In this document: positions 29,360 through 39,563 of the stretch, piece after piece
How positions within the stretch are numbered: the first letter of the stretch is position 1
Layout of the letters: each line of letters opens with the position of its first letter
Source of the DNA: Candidatus Hydrogenedentota bacterium
Lineage (GTDB): Bacteria; Hydrogenedentota; Hydrogenedentia; Hydrogenedentales; SLHB01
Direction: 5' to 3'
Length of the DNA: 64,000 bases
NCBI GenBank assembly: GCA_045863295.1
Contig: BTWA01000007.1
Span: 136,469-200,468 of the forward strand
The notes under the pieces: generated by a model
Seen by the model: the letters and a program-made list of their open reading frames with translations, nothing else
Database searches by the model: none
Told to the model about the DNA's origin: nothing
Translations under genes and position numbers: made by a program

Positions 29360-32128
29360 TTAGAGCGAAAGCTCAACGATTCCAAAAAAACCCAATGGTG
29401 CGTATGCGGCAGAGCCGCCGAATCGAATTCGATACGGTGAGCCCATGACTTCGATCAGTTCCTTAAGGGCCGGCTTACCTGCACAATCGTACCGGGCGAC
29501 CGCACCTCCACCAATATTCACATAGGCACTGTTTCCGTTGGCATCGATCAGATTCCCCCATTCCGGGGTGATCAACGTGCCTTCGCCCAGTTGAATGCTT
29601 CCGTTTGCCGCCACATTTGCCGCGTGGATTCGCACTCCATTCATATACGATTCGATAAAGACTTTCGATCCTCGCCCGACCACGCGAGCTGTTCCGGTTG
29701 GAAGGAACACGCTGGCAATTTCCGTCACACCGGTACCGCCCGTCCATGCGACTGTTCGAAGCAGGCTGCGATATGACTCATCGTTCTGCCATTCATCGTC
29801 TCGAAGCGTGAGCAGACCATTGGGTGCATCGTAGCGGACGAATGTCCCAGGAACGTTTACCGTAGGTCCAGCTTGACCCGTTGACGGGTCAAATTCCGTC
29901 ACAAAGTAGGCGCACAATGGCGGCGCATAGATCAGGGGAGACGACGGAAGCACGTACTCCTTTGAAGAAATGTACAACTTGTTGGCGTTCTGATCGATGG
30001 AAACCACAGCAGGCACTCCCAAACCGACAGTACCTGTCCAAACGAGTGTATCGAGGTTAACAAGAGCAAGTCCCTCTGCCGGAGGTGCGTTGCCAATCAC
30101 GCTGTTGTATTGTCCCGCTGAGCACCGTAACACCAGCGAATTCCCAGTTACAAATGTGGAGGGCTGCATATGGCTAGGCCACCAAGGTCCGTAAATGGCG
30201 TCGGAAGCGATGCTACTGCTTACGTCAGCGCCGGATCCCTGGGCAGCAGCCGCCATGTCATATGGCAAAATCCACCAATACCCGTAGTGCGGCCAAACAT
30301 TTACATTCACTGGCCCGGAAACAACCGGATGCGAGGGGTCGGTAAAGTTTACCTTTGCGACTTTGTAACCCGCATCGTCATTCCAGGAAGTGCCTACAAG
30401 GACGACGTTGTCGCCATAGACGTGGCTGCCGAACAGTTCGCCGATTGCGATCTGTACGGATCCGACTGCTGCTTTTAATGGAAGGCCGGTAGCCCGTGCT
30501 ATCGTCTTGCCGGTGTCGAATTGGGTAATCAACTCAACACCCAGCGAGTTGGATAGCTCCAGAAAGTCCGTCACATTCTCCGCGAGCACAAGGGAATTCG
30601 CAACCGTTGGATTGTCCAAGTCGGTGCCATCCACTGTAGCGAGTTGCTCGGTGGTCAGACCGAAGAGCTCGCTATTCCATTCAAAGGATCGCAATACGCT
30701 GCCCTGTAGGTCGATAGTACCGCGCAAAGCCAAGTCGGTGGGGGCCCATGAGATAAATTGAAGGCGATCAAACCCGCCGCCGATCTCCTCCCATCCTGAA
30801 AACGGCACAATAAGGAGATCATCCAGGACGGTGAAGGCTTTTACATCGTCGTATGCGCTCGACCACGACCAGTTTTGACCAAAGCTGACTTTATCCGCCA
30901 GAGTAGGATTGCTCGGGTCCGAAATATCAAATAAGCTCACACTTACGCGCCGTCCATTGGTATCGTCTACGCCTAGAGCAATCAATTTATCTCCGCGCGG
31001 CTCGATGTGCGTGGACCATCCCGGAACTTCCAGTTCACCTGCGACAGCGGGATTCGAGGGATCAGAAAGATCGACTACAAAGAGAGGATCGACCACAAAG
31101 TAGGTGACAACATAGGCGAGCGGCCCATCAAACCGTGTTGCGAACAGGGAATCTCCGCGCGCCCGTTCGAACTCAAGTTCCGCCAGCACCGTTAAATTGT
31201 CGGGATCAGCCAAATCGACCGTGGTCACATAGACGCGCCGCTGTTCGCTCCAAGCATTTGAAACCACCCGCAGCACACCCATGTATTCGTCCATCTTGAA
31301 CTTATCGGCAACGTATCCGGCAACAGTAACTGCCCCGCGCACCGTCATGGCCCCATTGGGTTTGGATATGTCCACATAGGCTATCGAGGTCGTATCCGAT
31401 TGCCAGTTGTGCTGCGCGACGTATATAGCGGTAGGTGAGGCCTGAACGACATCGCCGATTCCTGCCAGTCCAACTTCATCGGCTTCGAATATATTGCTCT
31501 CGTTCGCTACATTGATGCTAGTAACGCGCGAAGCCGAAGTTTTGGTTTTTACGGCCTGCCCTTCAGCCCAATACCATTCGTAATCCGCTGTGACGGCATA
31601 GATCACGCTTCCAACCATGCGGCTGTCCGACAGGTCTCCTTCAAAATCAAAGGAGGAGACGATTGACATGTTTTCCGGATCCGCAATATTGACAACATAC
31701 AGGCGCGAAGCAATGTCGTATTCGACCGTATCACCATTTACGGTATACTTCGACGCATAAGAAACGAGAACGAAAGCCCGATTGCCATTGATATACAGGT
31801 CGCGTGGGTATCCGAATGTGGGCGTCTGGTCCAGAATGCGTTTGTCCGTCAAATCAACGGTTGTTAATCCCCTGTGCTGGTTCAAAACATAGAGGATGTC
31901 ATCCTCTTGACGGATGACATCTGGCTCCACAACTTCACGGATACTCTCTGGAGGCCCCCCCGCGTCGTTGGTCGCTTCCGCACCGCCGCCCGCAAGATAA
32001 TCCAATGCATCAAAGAACCCGCGTGAACCGCCCTGCAATTCCGCGCTCGTGAAGCGGTAGCTGCCCTCACAACCCCAAAACAAGCTGCTCATGAGCAGTA
32101 CGCTCAGGAGCGCAATACGCGTTTGCAT
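29360..32128 (-). CDS. Lipoprotein with beta-propeller domain (Beta_propel family)
   Basis: Lipobox LFWG-C; EPDVI, ATRFDG, VDPLFVVDLSDP.NP...GEL.VPGWS motifs. Confidence 0.82.
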   Translation of the reverse strand: MQTRIALLSVLLMSSLFWGCEGSYRFTSAELQGGSRGFFDALDYLAGGGAEATNDAGGPPESIREVVEPDVIRQEDDILYVLNQHRGLTTVDLTDKRILDQTPTFGYPRDLYINGNRAFVLVSYASKYTVNGDTVEYDIASRLYVVNIADPENMSIVSSFDFEGDLSDSRMVGSVIYAVTADYEWYWAEGQAVKTKTSASRVTSINVANESNIFEADEVGLAGIGDVVQASPTAIYVAQHNWQSDTTSIAYVDISKPNGAMTVRGAVTVAGYVADKFKMDEYMGVLRVVSNAWSEQRRVYVTTVDLADPDNLTVLAELEFERARGDSLFATRFDGPLAYVVTYFVVDPLFVVDLSDPSNPAVAGELEVPGWSTHIEPRGDKLIALGVDDTNGRRVSVSLFDISDPSNPTLADKVSFGQNWSWSSAYDDVKAFTVLDDLLIVPFSGWEEIGGGFDRLQFISWAPTDLALRGTIDLQGSVLRSFEWNSELFGLTTEQLATVDGTDLDNPTVANSLVLAENVTDFLELSNSLGVELITQFDTGKTIARATGLPLKAAVGSVQIAIGELFGSHVYGDNVVLVGTSWNDDAGYKVAKVNFTDPSHPVVSGPVNVNVWPHYGYWWILPYDMAAAAQGSGADVSSSIASDAIYGPWWPSHMQPSTFVTGNSLVLRCSAGQYNSVIGNAPPAEGLALVNLDTLVWTGTVGLGVPAVVSIDQNANKLYISSKEYVLPSSPLIYAPPLCAYFVTEFDPSTGQAGPTVNVPGTFVRYDAPNGLLTLRDDEWQNDESYRSLLRTVAWTGGTGVTEIASVFLPTGTARVVGRGSKVFIESYMNGVRIHAANVAANGSIQLGEGTLITPEWGNLIDANGNSAYVNIGGGAVARYDCAGKPALKELIEVMGSPYRIRFGGSAAYAPLGFFGIVELSL

Positions 32129-32246
32129 GACTACTTTATCCCGGTTGGTTGGCCGTGTCGCGGGCATGTAACAGGACATGGATTCGCGTCGCCAACGATT
32201 CCCCTTTATTATACACCGTCGGTCCCAAAGCTGTTACACCGGTGGA

Positions 32247-32933
32247 TTACTCTTGAAACCGATATCCGACGCCGTGCACGGTCCGGATGATGAGCGGGTT
32301 GTGCGGGTCCAATTCGATGCGTTTGCGCAATTGGGATATGTGCTGGTCCAGGGTTCGGCTGTTGGGCATATGGTCCAGTCCCCAGCACGCGTCAAAGAAG
32401 GTATTTCGATCCACCACTTCACCCCGCCTTTGATACAGCAATTCCAGTATACGCACGTCGCGCAGGCTAAGTTCGATCACTTGGGCACCCCGCCTTGCAC
32501 GCAGTTCGGCTGGAAACACATCTATGTCTGCCATTCGGATGGCTTTTGGTTTTGTCCCCTGCTGTTTCTGCATCAGACAGCGGCGCGTTACAGCCCGGAT
32601 ACGCGCGACAACTTCCCGTACCCCAAACGGCTTGACGATAAAGTCGTCCGCGCCCAATTCCAACCCAACCACCTTGTCCATTTCTTCGGATTTTGCACTT
32701 ATAAACACAATCGGAGTGGACTCATTGCGCTTGCGGATCTCCCTGCATGCCGAATACCCATCCTTATCCGGCATCATAATGTCCAGACAGACAAAATCCG
32801 GATTCTCCTGCTCGAAGAGGAGCACAGCTTCGTTGCCATCGGCCGCGCAAATGGGTACGTACCCTTCATGGGCAAGCACCTCGGCAAGACCTTCACGCGT
32901 ATGCTTGTCATCTTCTGCGATGAGTACTTTCAT
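32247..32933 (-). CDS. OmpR-family response regulator
   Basis: VLIAEDD, LDIMMP, GADDFIVKPF, IRTVHGVGY. Confidence 0.95.
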   Translation of the reverse strand: MKVLIAEDDKHTREGLAEVLAHEGYVPICAADGNEAVLLFEQENPDFVCLDIMMPDKDGYSACREIRKRNESTPIVFISAKSEEMDKVVGLELGADDFIVKPFGVREVVARIRAVTRRCLMQKQQGTKPKAIRMADIDVFPAELRARRGAQVIELSLRDVRILELLYQRRGEVVDRNTFFDACWGLDHMPNSRTLDQHISQLRKRIELDPHNPLIIRTVHGVGYRFQE

Positions 32934-34513
32934 GACTCGCCTTCCGTACGCAATGCGATTTTGAACGTCGCACCCGTGTCCGCAGGTTCCAGAGTGAGGT
33001 CGCCTCCGTGCAGCCGGGCCAATTGGCGCGATATGGTCAATCCAAGTCCGACTCCCGAAACACCTTCCTTGATCTGGTCAGTCACGCGATGAAATGCGTC
33101 GAAGATATGTTGATGGTGTTGACTTGGTATACCCGGACCGTCGTCGTAAACGAAAACCGAAGTCATGCCGGCGTATTGCTCTGAGCGAATGTGGACGTGG
33201 GCTCCTCTGCCGGCGTATTTCTCCACGTTGCTCAACAAGTTACCCAATATCTGTTCGAAGATGTCGCGGTCAAACGCGACAATGGCAGGGGCGCCTGGGT
33301 CAAACGACGCTTTGATTTCTTTTGCGCGGAAGGTCTCTTCAAACTGAGCTAGTACGCCTTGGACAGCGGAATCAATATCACCGTGGGATTTGTGAATCGT
33401 CGGTCCACCTTGTTTGTCTCGGCTGAACGTCAGCACATTCGCGATCATGCGGCTCAATCGCTGACTCTCCGACACAATGACGTCAAGCCGCCTGCGCGTA
33501 TCGGGCCTCAAGTCCTCTAATTCGGACTCCAGTAGTTCGGCGTACAAGCGTATGTTCGTGAGAGGTGTTTTCAACTCATGCGATACTTGATTGACGAAAC
33601 TTACCCGTTGCAGGGCATCACGGACTGCTCGCGTATGCTCGCGATAAAAATAGAACGCAGCACAAAAAAGGGCGATTCCAAGGACCGAAATGCTGATGGC
33701 CACGGTAAATCCCAGAGTATGGCCGCTCGTTACAGCGCTTACAGGTACGAAGTACCGCAGGTGCCAGAATTGGAGCGGCGGCCGTAGTGCTGTTTCGGCC
33801 AATGGGGATTGCATGGCATCCGCCGGATATCCACCCCATTGATAGAGAACCGCACCTTGTTCGTCCATCAACTCAATCCTGCCGTTGGCGAGGGGGGATT
33901 CGCCGGTTGGCATCCCTGGCCATGCCAATGGGAGTGAAGCAACAATGTCCGAAGTCAACCGAACTTCATTGATTTCGGCGCCAACGATGCGCCCCGAAGC
34001 TTCGCGCCACCAGTAGAGCAGCCGTATTCCCTGTTCCCAATACCCGGCATGCCAGCCTGACGACGTGAATCCGCCGCCCTTTCCAGCTACAGAGGATTGG
34101 CTGCTTTCCACTTGTCCACCGGGTATTTCACCGTTCTCCCAAATTGACTGAGTGCGGCGAAGAAAAGACAATTCGCTTTCCGTAAGCGATTCCGATGGCT
34201 TTGGGTAGAGCAATGTGCCTTGAGCGTCGAGGACGAAATACTGACGCACGAGGCTTGATTGGAAGCACAGTGCCCGAAACCTGTCCGGCGATAGACTGGA
34301 GTGCGCACCTTCGGCGACTATTTCGCGCTGCCATTTTTCGATTACTTGCGCAATCCCCACCGCAGTCTCATTAAGCACGCTGCCCAGGACATCGCGAAAC
34401 CGCACCCCGATCATTTCCTGTTCCCGCTGCACGAGGGCGGCCCCCAGCCACGTCATGGCGGCCAGGGGCACCAATACGATCAACAGGAAGACTAACAGCA
34501 GCCTGGGCTTCAC
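32930..34513 (-). CDS. Membrane sensor histidine kinase
   Basis: Two TM segments; VSHELKTPL; NLLSNVEKY; DDGPGI; GVGLGL. Confidence 0.93.
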   Translation of the reverse strand: MKPRLLLVFLLIVLVPLAAMTWLGAALVQREQEMIGVRFRDVLGSVLNETAVGIAQVIEKWQREIVAEGAHSSLSPDRFRALCFQSSLVRQYFVLDAQGTLLYPKPSESLTESELSFLRRTQSIWENGEIPGGQVESSQSSVAGKGGGFTSSGWHAGYWEQGIRLLYWWREASGRIVGAEINEVRLTSDIVASLPLAWPGMPTGESPLANGRIELMDEQGAVLYQWGGYPADAMQSPLAETALRPPLQFWHLRYFVPVSAVTSGHTLGFTVAISISVLGIALFCAAFYFYREHTRAVRDALQRVSFVNQVSHELKTPLTNIRLYAELLESELEDLRPDTRRRLDVIVSESQRLSRMIANVLTFSRDKQGGPTIHKSHGDIDSAVQGVLAQFEETFRAKEIKASFDPGAPAIVAFDRDIFEQILGNLLSNVEKYAGRGAHVHIRSEQYAGMTSVFVYDDGPGIPSQHHQHIFDAFHRVTDQIKEGVSGVGLGLTISRQLARLHGGDLTLEPADTGATFKIALRTEGES

Positions 34514-34546
34514 TCCGACATTGAACCTCCACGTTGTCTGTCCAGT

Positions 34547-35266
34547 CTATTCCAGTTGAAACGTTGCATGTACTGTAACCTGGATTTCGATCGAGCCCGG
34601 TGCGAATGTTCCGCTAACCGAATCGGAATCGCTGCCGCCTGCCGGACTAACATAGACTACATTGCTTTGCGAAAGGGCGGAGATAGGCATCATTGCCGGC
34701 TGTGATTCGATTATGGTTAACACTTTGCCGGCCTTCGCCCCGACCGTTTCCGCCATGACCCGGGCCTTGTCGTGCGCGATTCGCAATGCGTCGAGGCGGG
34801 TTTGCCACCGAATCTCCTCGCGCTTGGAGGAGTCAAACAGAAAGCTCGCTTCCATATCGGTACTCGCTGCCAGCTTGGAGAGGTATTCATCAAATCGCGA
34901 CAAGTCGCGCTGTTTGATCGTCACGCCCCGTCGTACGGAAAACCCTCTAAAAGTGCGGCCCCGGGTGCTCTTGTTTTCCTCATACATGCGGGAAATGTCC
35001 AGAAATCCGGTTTGGATGTCTTCGCCGGAGATCTTGAGTTCCTTCAAGAGCGCCATGATTGATGACAATTTGCGATCGCTGGCCGACTTCGCGGTGGCTA
35101 GTTCCTGATTCTCGTCCGTGGTCTGGATAGACCAGACAATAATGTCGGGCACCACCCTCGTGGTGGCCGTACCGCTAACCGAAATCGAGCGCGATTGTGT
35201 CGCGACGTCCTGTGCGTACACGCCTGAAGCCATTGCAATCAAGCACATGCAAGTTCGAGCCAGCAT
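34547..35266 (-). CDS. SIMPL (DUF541) domain protein
   Basis: Signal peptide; ISVSG.A...VVPD; A..KA..MA...G...G.V..I.E; final V.ATF. Confidence 0.88.
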   Translation of the reverse strand: MLARTCMCLIAMASGVYAQDVATQSRSISVSGTATTRVVPDIIVWSIQTTDENQELATAKSASDRKLSSIMALLKELKISGEDIQTGFLDISRMYEENKSTRGRTFRGFSVRRGVTIKQRDLSRFDEYLSKLAASTDMEASFLFDSSKREEIRWQTRLDALRIAHDKARVMAETVGAKAGKVLTIIESQPAMMPISALSQSNVVYVSPAGGSDSDSVSGTFAPGSIEIQVTVHATFQLE

Positions 35267-35278
35267 GACACCTCTCCT

Positions 35279-36616
35279 TTACCGTTTCTGTTGCGTGATA
35301 AGGCCCTGTTGGCTCTCGATGAGCACTTTACGTTGCCGCTTGTAATTCGTCTCGTCCAAATTCTCACTCGCGATGCTGTTGGTGCGGGAGTACTCTTCAA
35401 GGTCTTTGCTGTCGTATTTGGCCGCGTTTTGAATCAGGTAGTTGCTGTTGGAGATGAACATCTGGCGTGATTCTTCAATCTTGCCTTCATCGCGTAAACG
35501 AGTCGCCAATTTATTTTGCTCGACGCCGATTTGAAGTACGGCGGCCGCCATCACATCTTCGTTTGTTTGTTCCTTTACATCCGTAGGGTCATCGGTAAAG
35601 GCAATCGTTACCTTGCGGTTCAGCGTTGTGGCGTTTCCTGTCGCCAAATTGGAATAGTCTACCTGCACGAACGCCAAGTCCCTCTCTGAGCCGCTCGCAC
35701 CGGCAGGCACCTCTACCTCAAGGATAAGGTACTTGGTCTGGTCGCTGTACAACTGATTCAGGGTGAGCATCACATTCTGGCCCGAAACGACTGCCTCGCG
35801 GCCGAGAACACGTACCGGACGAATCCCTGCCGCACAGCGAATCGATATGTTTACTTGTTGTGCGACCACCGCCAGTACATCGCCAAATTCGCGCGCAAAT
35901 GCGTCGTCGAGGTCGGATGGACGTTCGGCAAACATGTGATTGCCGTCGCTTGCCATCGCCAGACGGGTCATCAGGTCTTCGTTGTAGTCGAGACCCAGCC
36001 CAATGGTGCTTACTGCAATGCCGTCGCGGCCCAGTGACCTTCCCAAATCGCCCAACTCGCCAGGCGAACTGGGACCCACGTTGGCCAATCCATCAGACAA
36101 CAGAATGATGCGGTTGACCTGTTGCTTCTCAAGAAATTTCCGTAGTTCAGCGGCCCCTCGGCTTACTCCCGCAAACAGTGCGGTTGAGTGATCCGCGCTC
36201 AGCTTCTCCACGGCCTCGTAAATTGAAGCACGATCGGTCAGCCTTGTTGCCGGTACCAAAACGAGTACATTTGTGTCGTACGCCACGATTGAGACAATGT
36301 CGCGATCGTTCAGGCGGCCAATTGCCATGCGGACCGCCTGTTTCGCATTCTCGATTTTTTCCCCCTGCATGGATCCGGATTTGTCCAACACAAAGGCTAT
36401 GTTGACTGGAGCCCGGTCGGACTCACGTTCCGGTTTGAAACCAGTCATGGCTACACGCAAGTATGCCGTTTGTTGTTGTGACGCGAGGACAACGGGGGTA
36501 CCCAGAGCCGCATCGATTTCGATTTCCTTGGCCTGGATGGCGATGGGAGCGAGGAAACACGCGAAGACAGCCCATACTGCATACTGCGGCTTAAATCGGT
36601 TTTTTAAGGCGCTCAT
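35279..36616 (-). CDS. Secreted von Willebrand factor A domain protein
   Basis: MIDAS DKSGSM; LLSDGLANVG; GLGLDYNEDLM; RBS AAGGAGG. Confidence 0.9.
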   Translation of the reverse strand: MSALKNRFKPQYAVWAVFACFLAPIAIQAKEIEIDAALGTPVVLASQQQTAYLRVAMTGFKPERESDRAPVNIAFVLDKSGSMQGEKIENAKQAVRMAIGRLNDRDIVSIVAYDTNVLVLVPATRLTDRASIYEAVEKLSADHSTALFAGVSRGAAELRKFLEKQQVNRIILLSDGLANVGPSSPGELGDLGRSLGRDGIAVSTIGLGLDYNEDLMTRLAMASDGNHMFAERPSDLDDAFAREFGDVLAVVAQQVNISIRCAAGIRPVRVLGREAVVSGQNVMLTLNQLYSDQTKYLILEVEVPAGASGSERDLAFVQVDYSNLATGNATTLNRKVTIAFTDDPTDVKEQTNEDVMAAAVLQIGVEQNKLATRLRDEGKIEESRQMFISNSNYLIQNAAKYDSKDLEEYSRTNSIASENLDETNYKRQRKVLIESQQGLITQQKR

Positions 36617-36745
36617 ACGAACCTCCTTACCCTTTCTGGGTTGTGCCGCGGTTGCGGCGTTTGTCACGCCCTTAGGGTAAGAATTTTGACTGTCAGTGTG
36701 GTCAGATGTTGTTCAAAATGGTGTAAAAAAAGTGTAAAACGCGGC

Positions 36746-38056
36746 TCAAACGAAATACACCCGGTTTTGGACTAACTCCGTATTCGTGCCGCCACGCACG
36801 CCTTCCGTGAACATAAAATGAGGCGCAGACTCTGTACGATTATGTCCCGTGGGTCGTTCCAGATTCGGAAGCCATCGCGGAACCGCCGCATCCACTTCCG
36901 TAATTACGCTCCCAACGAAACTGCGGCCGTTGTCCTGGGAGACAAAATGCGCAATCTCGCTGCTTGGATGTCCCCACAATGAGTCCTCGGGACCCGCGGG
37001 TTTTCCTACCAAGGTAAGCACAGCATGCAATTCGCCATTGCCCGAAAAGGCGATGCCGCCGGGTGTGACCAATCCCCAGCCTTCCGGTTCGGGCAGGGGG
37101 GGAGTGAATGCTGTGTTGGCCCATCCTCCATGGCCGTCGGGATACGATAGCCAAGCCGTTCGCGTGCCATAGTGACTGCAGAGTACGAGCGGCAATCCAT
37201 GGCTGTCGGTGATAATCGATCCACCCCTTAAATCGCCGTTGGCGACGGTTGGCTCTTTACTGACGACATCAATTGTATGCGCTGTGACAGGTAGGGCTAA
37301 CGCGTTACCATCGAGGCGGGTCCATGTTTCTCCGTAGTCCGCGCTTCGCATATATCCGATAGTGTGTCCATGTCCCGGCGAACCGTCATACAACCTGCAT
37401 GACAGATGCAACGTCTTGCCTTCATGCCCCCAAGCCAGCGCTTCCATAAAGTGTGCATAGCCGCCGGTCAACGCTTGCATAATGGGGTGTGGACCCTCCC
37501 ACACCTTACCAGGCCGCTTGATGTAGCGATTGCACAACCACGGCGCACTCTTGCTGCTTTCACGGCAGGTGACGATGAGTGTATCGTCCGGGGCGCACAC
37601 GAGTGTGGGGTACGTAGTAGTCGATCCAAACGTTTCTTCCTCGCCCCACTCGGAGGCATCGTTTGGGCGGACCGACTTGCGGTACCGCATCGGGTGGTGA
37701 TGTGGAAAATACACGATATGCAGATACCCCTGACTGTCCACCGTCAGCGCGGGTCCGCCGTGATTGTCATGGGCCTCGCCCACGGTCACCGTAGGTTCCC
37801 AGATTCCGGACGCATGGTCCAGCGTGCGTATCCGAACTCGAAATCCTTCGCGAGGCGAGTCCAGCCATGCTACATGCGTCTTCCCATTCAGCGTGACGAT
37901 TTTGTTGGTCTCTTCGTACCCCGTGGCCCTGCTGCAACCAACGTCTGAAAGCAAGAAAGCGGCAGGTATCGATGCACCGGCTGGTGCATCGCGTAGTCCA
38001 TCGAAAGTAAGGCCGGTAGTGGCAGCTGCATACGAGATAAATGTGCGGCGATTCAT
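36746..38056 (-). CDS. BNR-4 repeat protein (Tat-like signal)
   Basis: RRTFI; DNHGGPALTVDSQGYLH; Asp-boxes S.DYGETW and S.DNGRSF; ATGA overlap with the upstream sulfatase. Confidence 0.8.
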   Translation of the reverse strand: MNRRTFISYAAATTGLTFDGLRDAPAGASIPAAFLLSDVGCSRATGYEETNKIVTLNGKTHVAWLDSPREGFRVRIRTLDHASGIWEPTVTVGEAHDNHGGPALTVDSQGYLHIVYFPHHHPMRYRKSVRPNDASEWGEEETFGSTTTYPTLVCAPDDTLIVTCRESSKSAPWLCNRYIKRPGKVWEGPHPIMQALTGGYAHFMEALAWGHEGKTLHLSCRLYDGSPGHGHTIGYMRSADYGETWTRLDGNALALPVTAHTIDVVSKEPTVANGDLRGGSIITDSHGLPLVLCSHYGTRTAWLSYPDGHGGWANTAFTPPLPEPEGWGLVTPGGIAFSGNGELHAVLTLVGKPAGPEDSLWGHPSSEIAHFVSQDNGRSFVGSVITEVDAAVPRWLPNLERPTGHNRTESAPHFMFTEGVRGGTNTELVQNRVYFV

Positions 38057-39534
38057 GTGTTTTGCTCTACCCCAGCAGACTCGGCGTAGTCCGCGCCATT
38101 GAGACTGCGCACGACGGAGGCTTGCCACAGGCCAAGTGCATGGGTCATCTCCGCAGCGATCCTCTCTTCGTCCTCCATCCGGTTCAGCGACTCTTGTGGA
38201 TCGTCCTTCAGGTTATACAATTCGTATGCAGGCGTTCCCGACTGTTCTTTTTCATCAATGCGATGCAACTTCCATGGCCACGCCAACCAGGCAGCGTGTC
38301 CTGGGTACTCGTTTTCAGGATAGGTCTTGTCGATTTGTCCGCTCTGGGCCTCCAACAATTCTGGGTGTGCGGTGTCGACACCATTCCTTTGTGACTCCAA
38401 CAACTCGGCCATCAGCGTGTCGCTGGGCGTCACGATACCTTTCGCCGGATATCGCCAGAACCCCATCGGCGCCGGTCGTTCCGTCATATTATCTTCGAAG
38501 GATTTCCGTAGGCTGATGCCGTCCAATACCGGTTGGTTTTTGACCTTTACACCGGCAATGTCTATCAAAGTGGGATAAATGTCCACCGTTCCGCACGGCA
38601 TGCTGGCTACGCGCGGTGATTGAATGACCCTAGGCCACTCTACAAACGCGGGCACACGCAAACCGCCTTCATATATATCGGCCTTGTGTCCACGCCCCCC
38701 GGTGGACCCCACTTCCGGTAGTCCGCCATTGTCGCTGTTGTACCAGAGAATGGTGTTCTCATGGATGCCCATCTCACGCAACGACGAGCGCAGTTTTCCA
38801 AATGCCCGGTCCATACCTGTAATCTCGCCGTAGAAATTCCCGTGCTTTTCGTCTTCTGCGGGATACAATGAACGCAATTCTTCGGTGGCGGTATGGGGCT
38901 TATGCGGCGATCCGAACCAAACCACCGCCAAGAATGGACTCTTGCTCTGCGATTGCCTTTGCATAAAAGCGATTGCGGCATCCACTGCCACCATGGAGCT
39001 TTCGCCCTTAAATACTTCCGCCCTGCCGTTCCGGCTGAGAATAGGATCATTGTCGTAGAAATTCGGGGCCGACAGCCACTCGTCGAATCCACTCGCGCCT
39101 GGATTGGTCTCGCTCCCATTTTCTACCGGTCCCAGGTGCCACTTCCCAAAATGTCCGGTGACATATCCCGCTGTTTTCAGCGCTTTTGGAAGTGTGATCT
39201 CTTGAGGGCGAAGCGGATAGCCCCACGTAAAACACCCAAATCGGTTTGGATGACGGCCTGTCATTACGCTCCCCCGGGTGGGCGAGCAAACCGGAGCTGC
39301 CGCGTAAAACCGGTCAAACCGTAAACATGCGGCGGCGGCGGCGTCGAAATGCGGGGTTTGAACAATTGGGTGTCCATTGTAGGCCATGTCCCCCCATCCC
39401 TGGTCATCGGCCATGCAAAGTACAATGTTGGGCGGGAGATTGTCTTGGGAAGGCTGCGCGTGTGTGCGTAAGGTTGCGGCTGCGATAGCAGCGCCTCCTG
39501 CCATCCCCAGGAATTCGCGCCTCCGCATCGTCAT
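38053..39534 (-). CDS. Sulfatase (Cys-type, Tat-exported)
   Basis: RRREFL; PNIVLCMADDQG; CSPTR; GKWHLG; SDNGG. Confidence 0.93.
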   Translation of the reverse strand: MTMRRREFLGMAGGAAIAAATLRTHAQPSQDNLPPNIVLCMADDQGWGDMAYNGHPIVQTPHFDAAAAACLRFDRFYAAAPVCSPTRGSVMTGRHPNRFGCFTWGYPLRPQEITLPKALKTAGYVTGHFGKWHLGPVENGSETNPGASGFDEWLSAPNFYDNDPILSRNGRAEVFKGESSMVAVDAAIAFMQRQSQSKSPFLAVVWFGSPHKPHTATEELRSLYPAEDEKHGNFYGEITGMDRAFGKLRSSLREMGIHENTILWYNSDNGGLPEVGSTGGRGHKADIYEGGLRVPAFVEWPRVIQSPRVASMPCGTVDIYPTLIDIAGVKVKNQPVLDGISLRKSFEDNMTERPAPMGFWRYPAKGIVTPSDTLMAELLESQRNGVDTAHPELLEAQSGQIDKTYPENEYPGHAAWLAWPWKLHRIDEKEQSGTPAYELYNLKDDPQESLNRMEDEERIAAEMTHALGLWQASVVRSLNGADYAESAGVEQNT

Positions 39535-39563
39535 GCCGCATCTCCTTGTTACGCCGCCATGAT

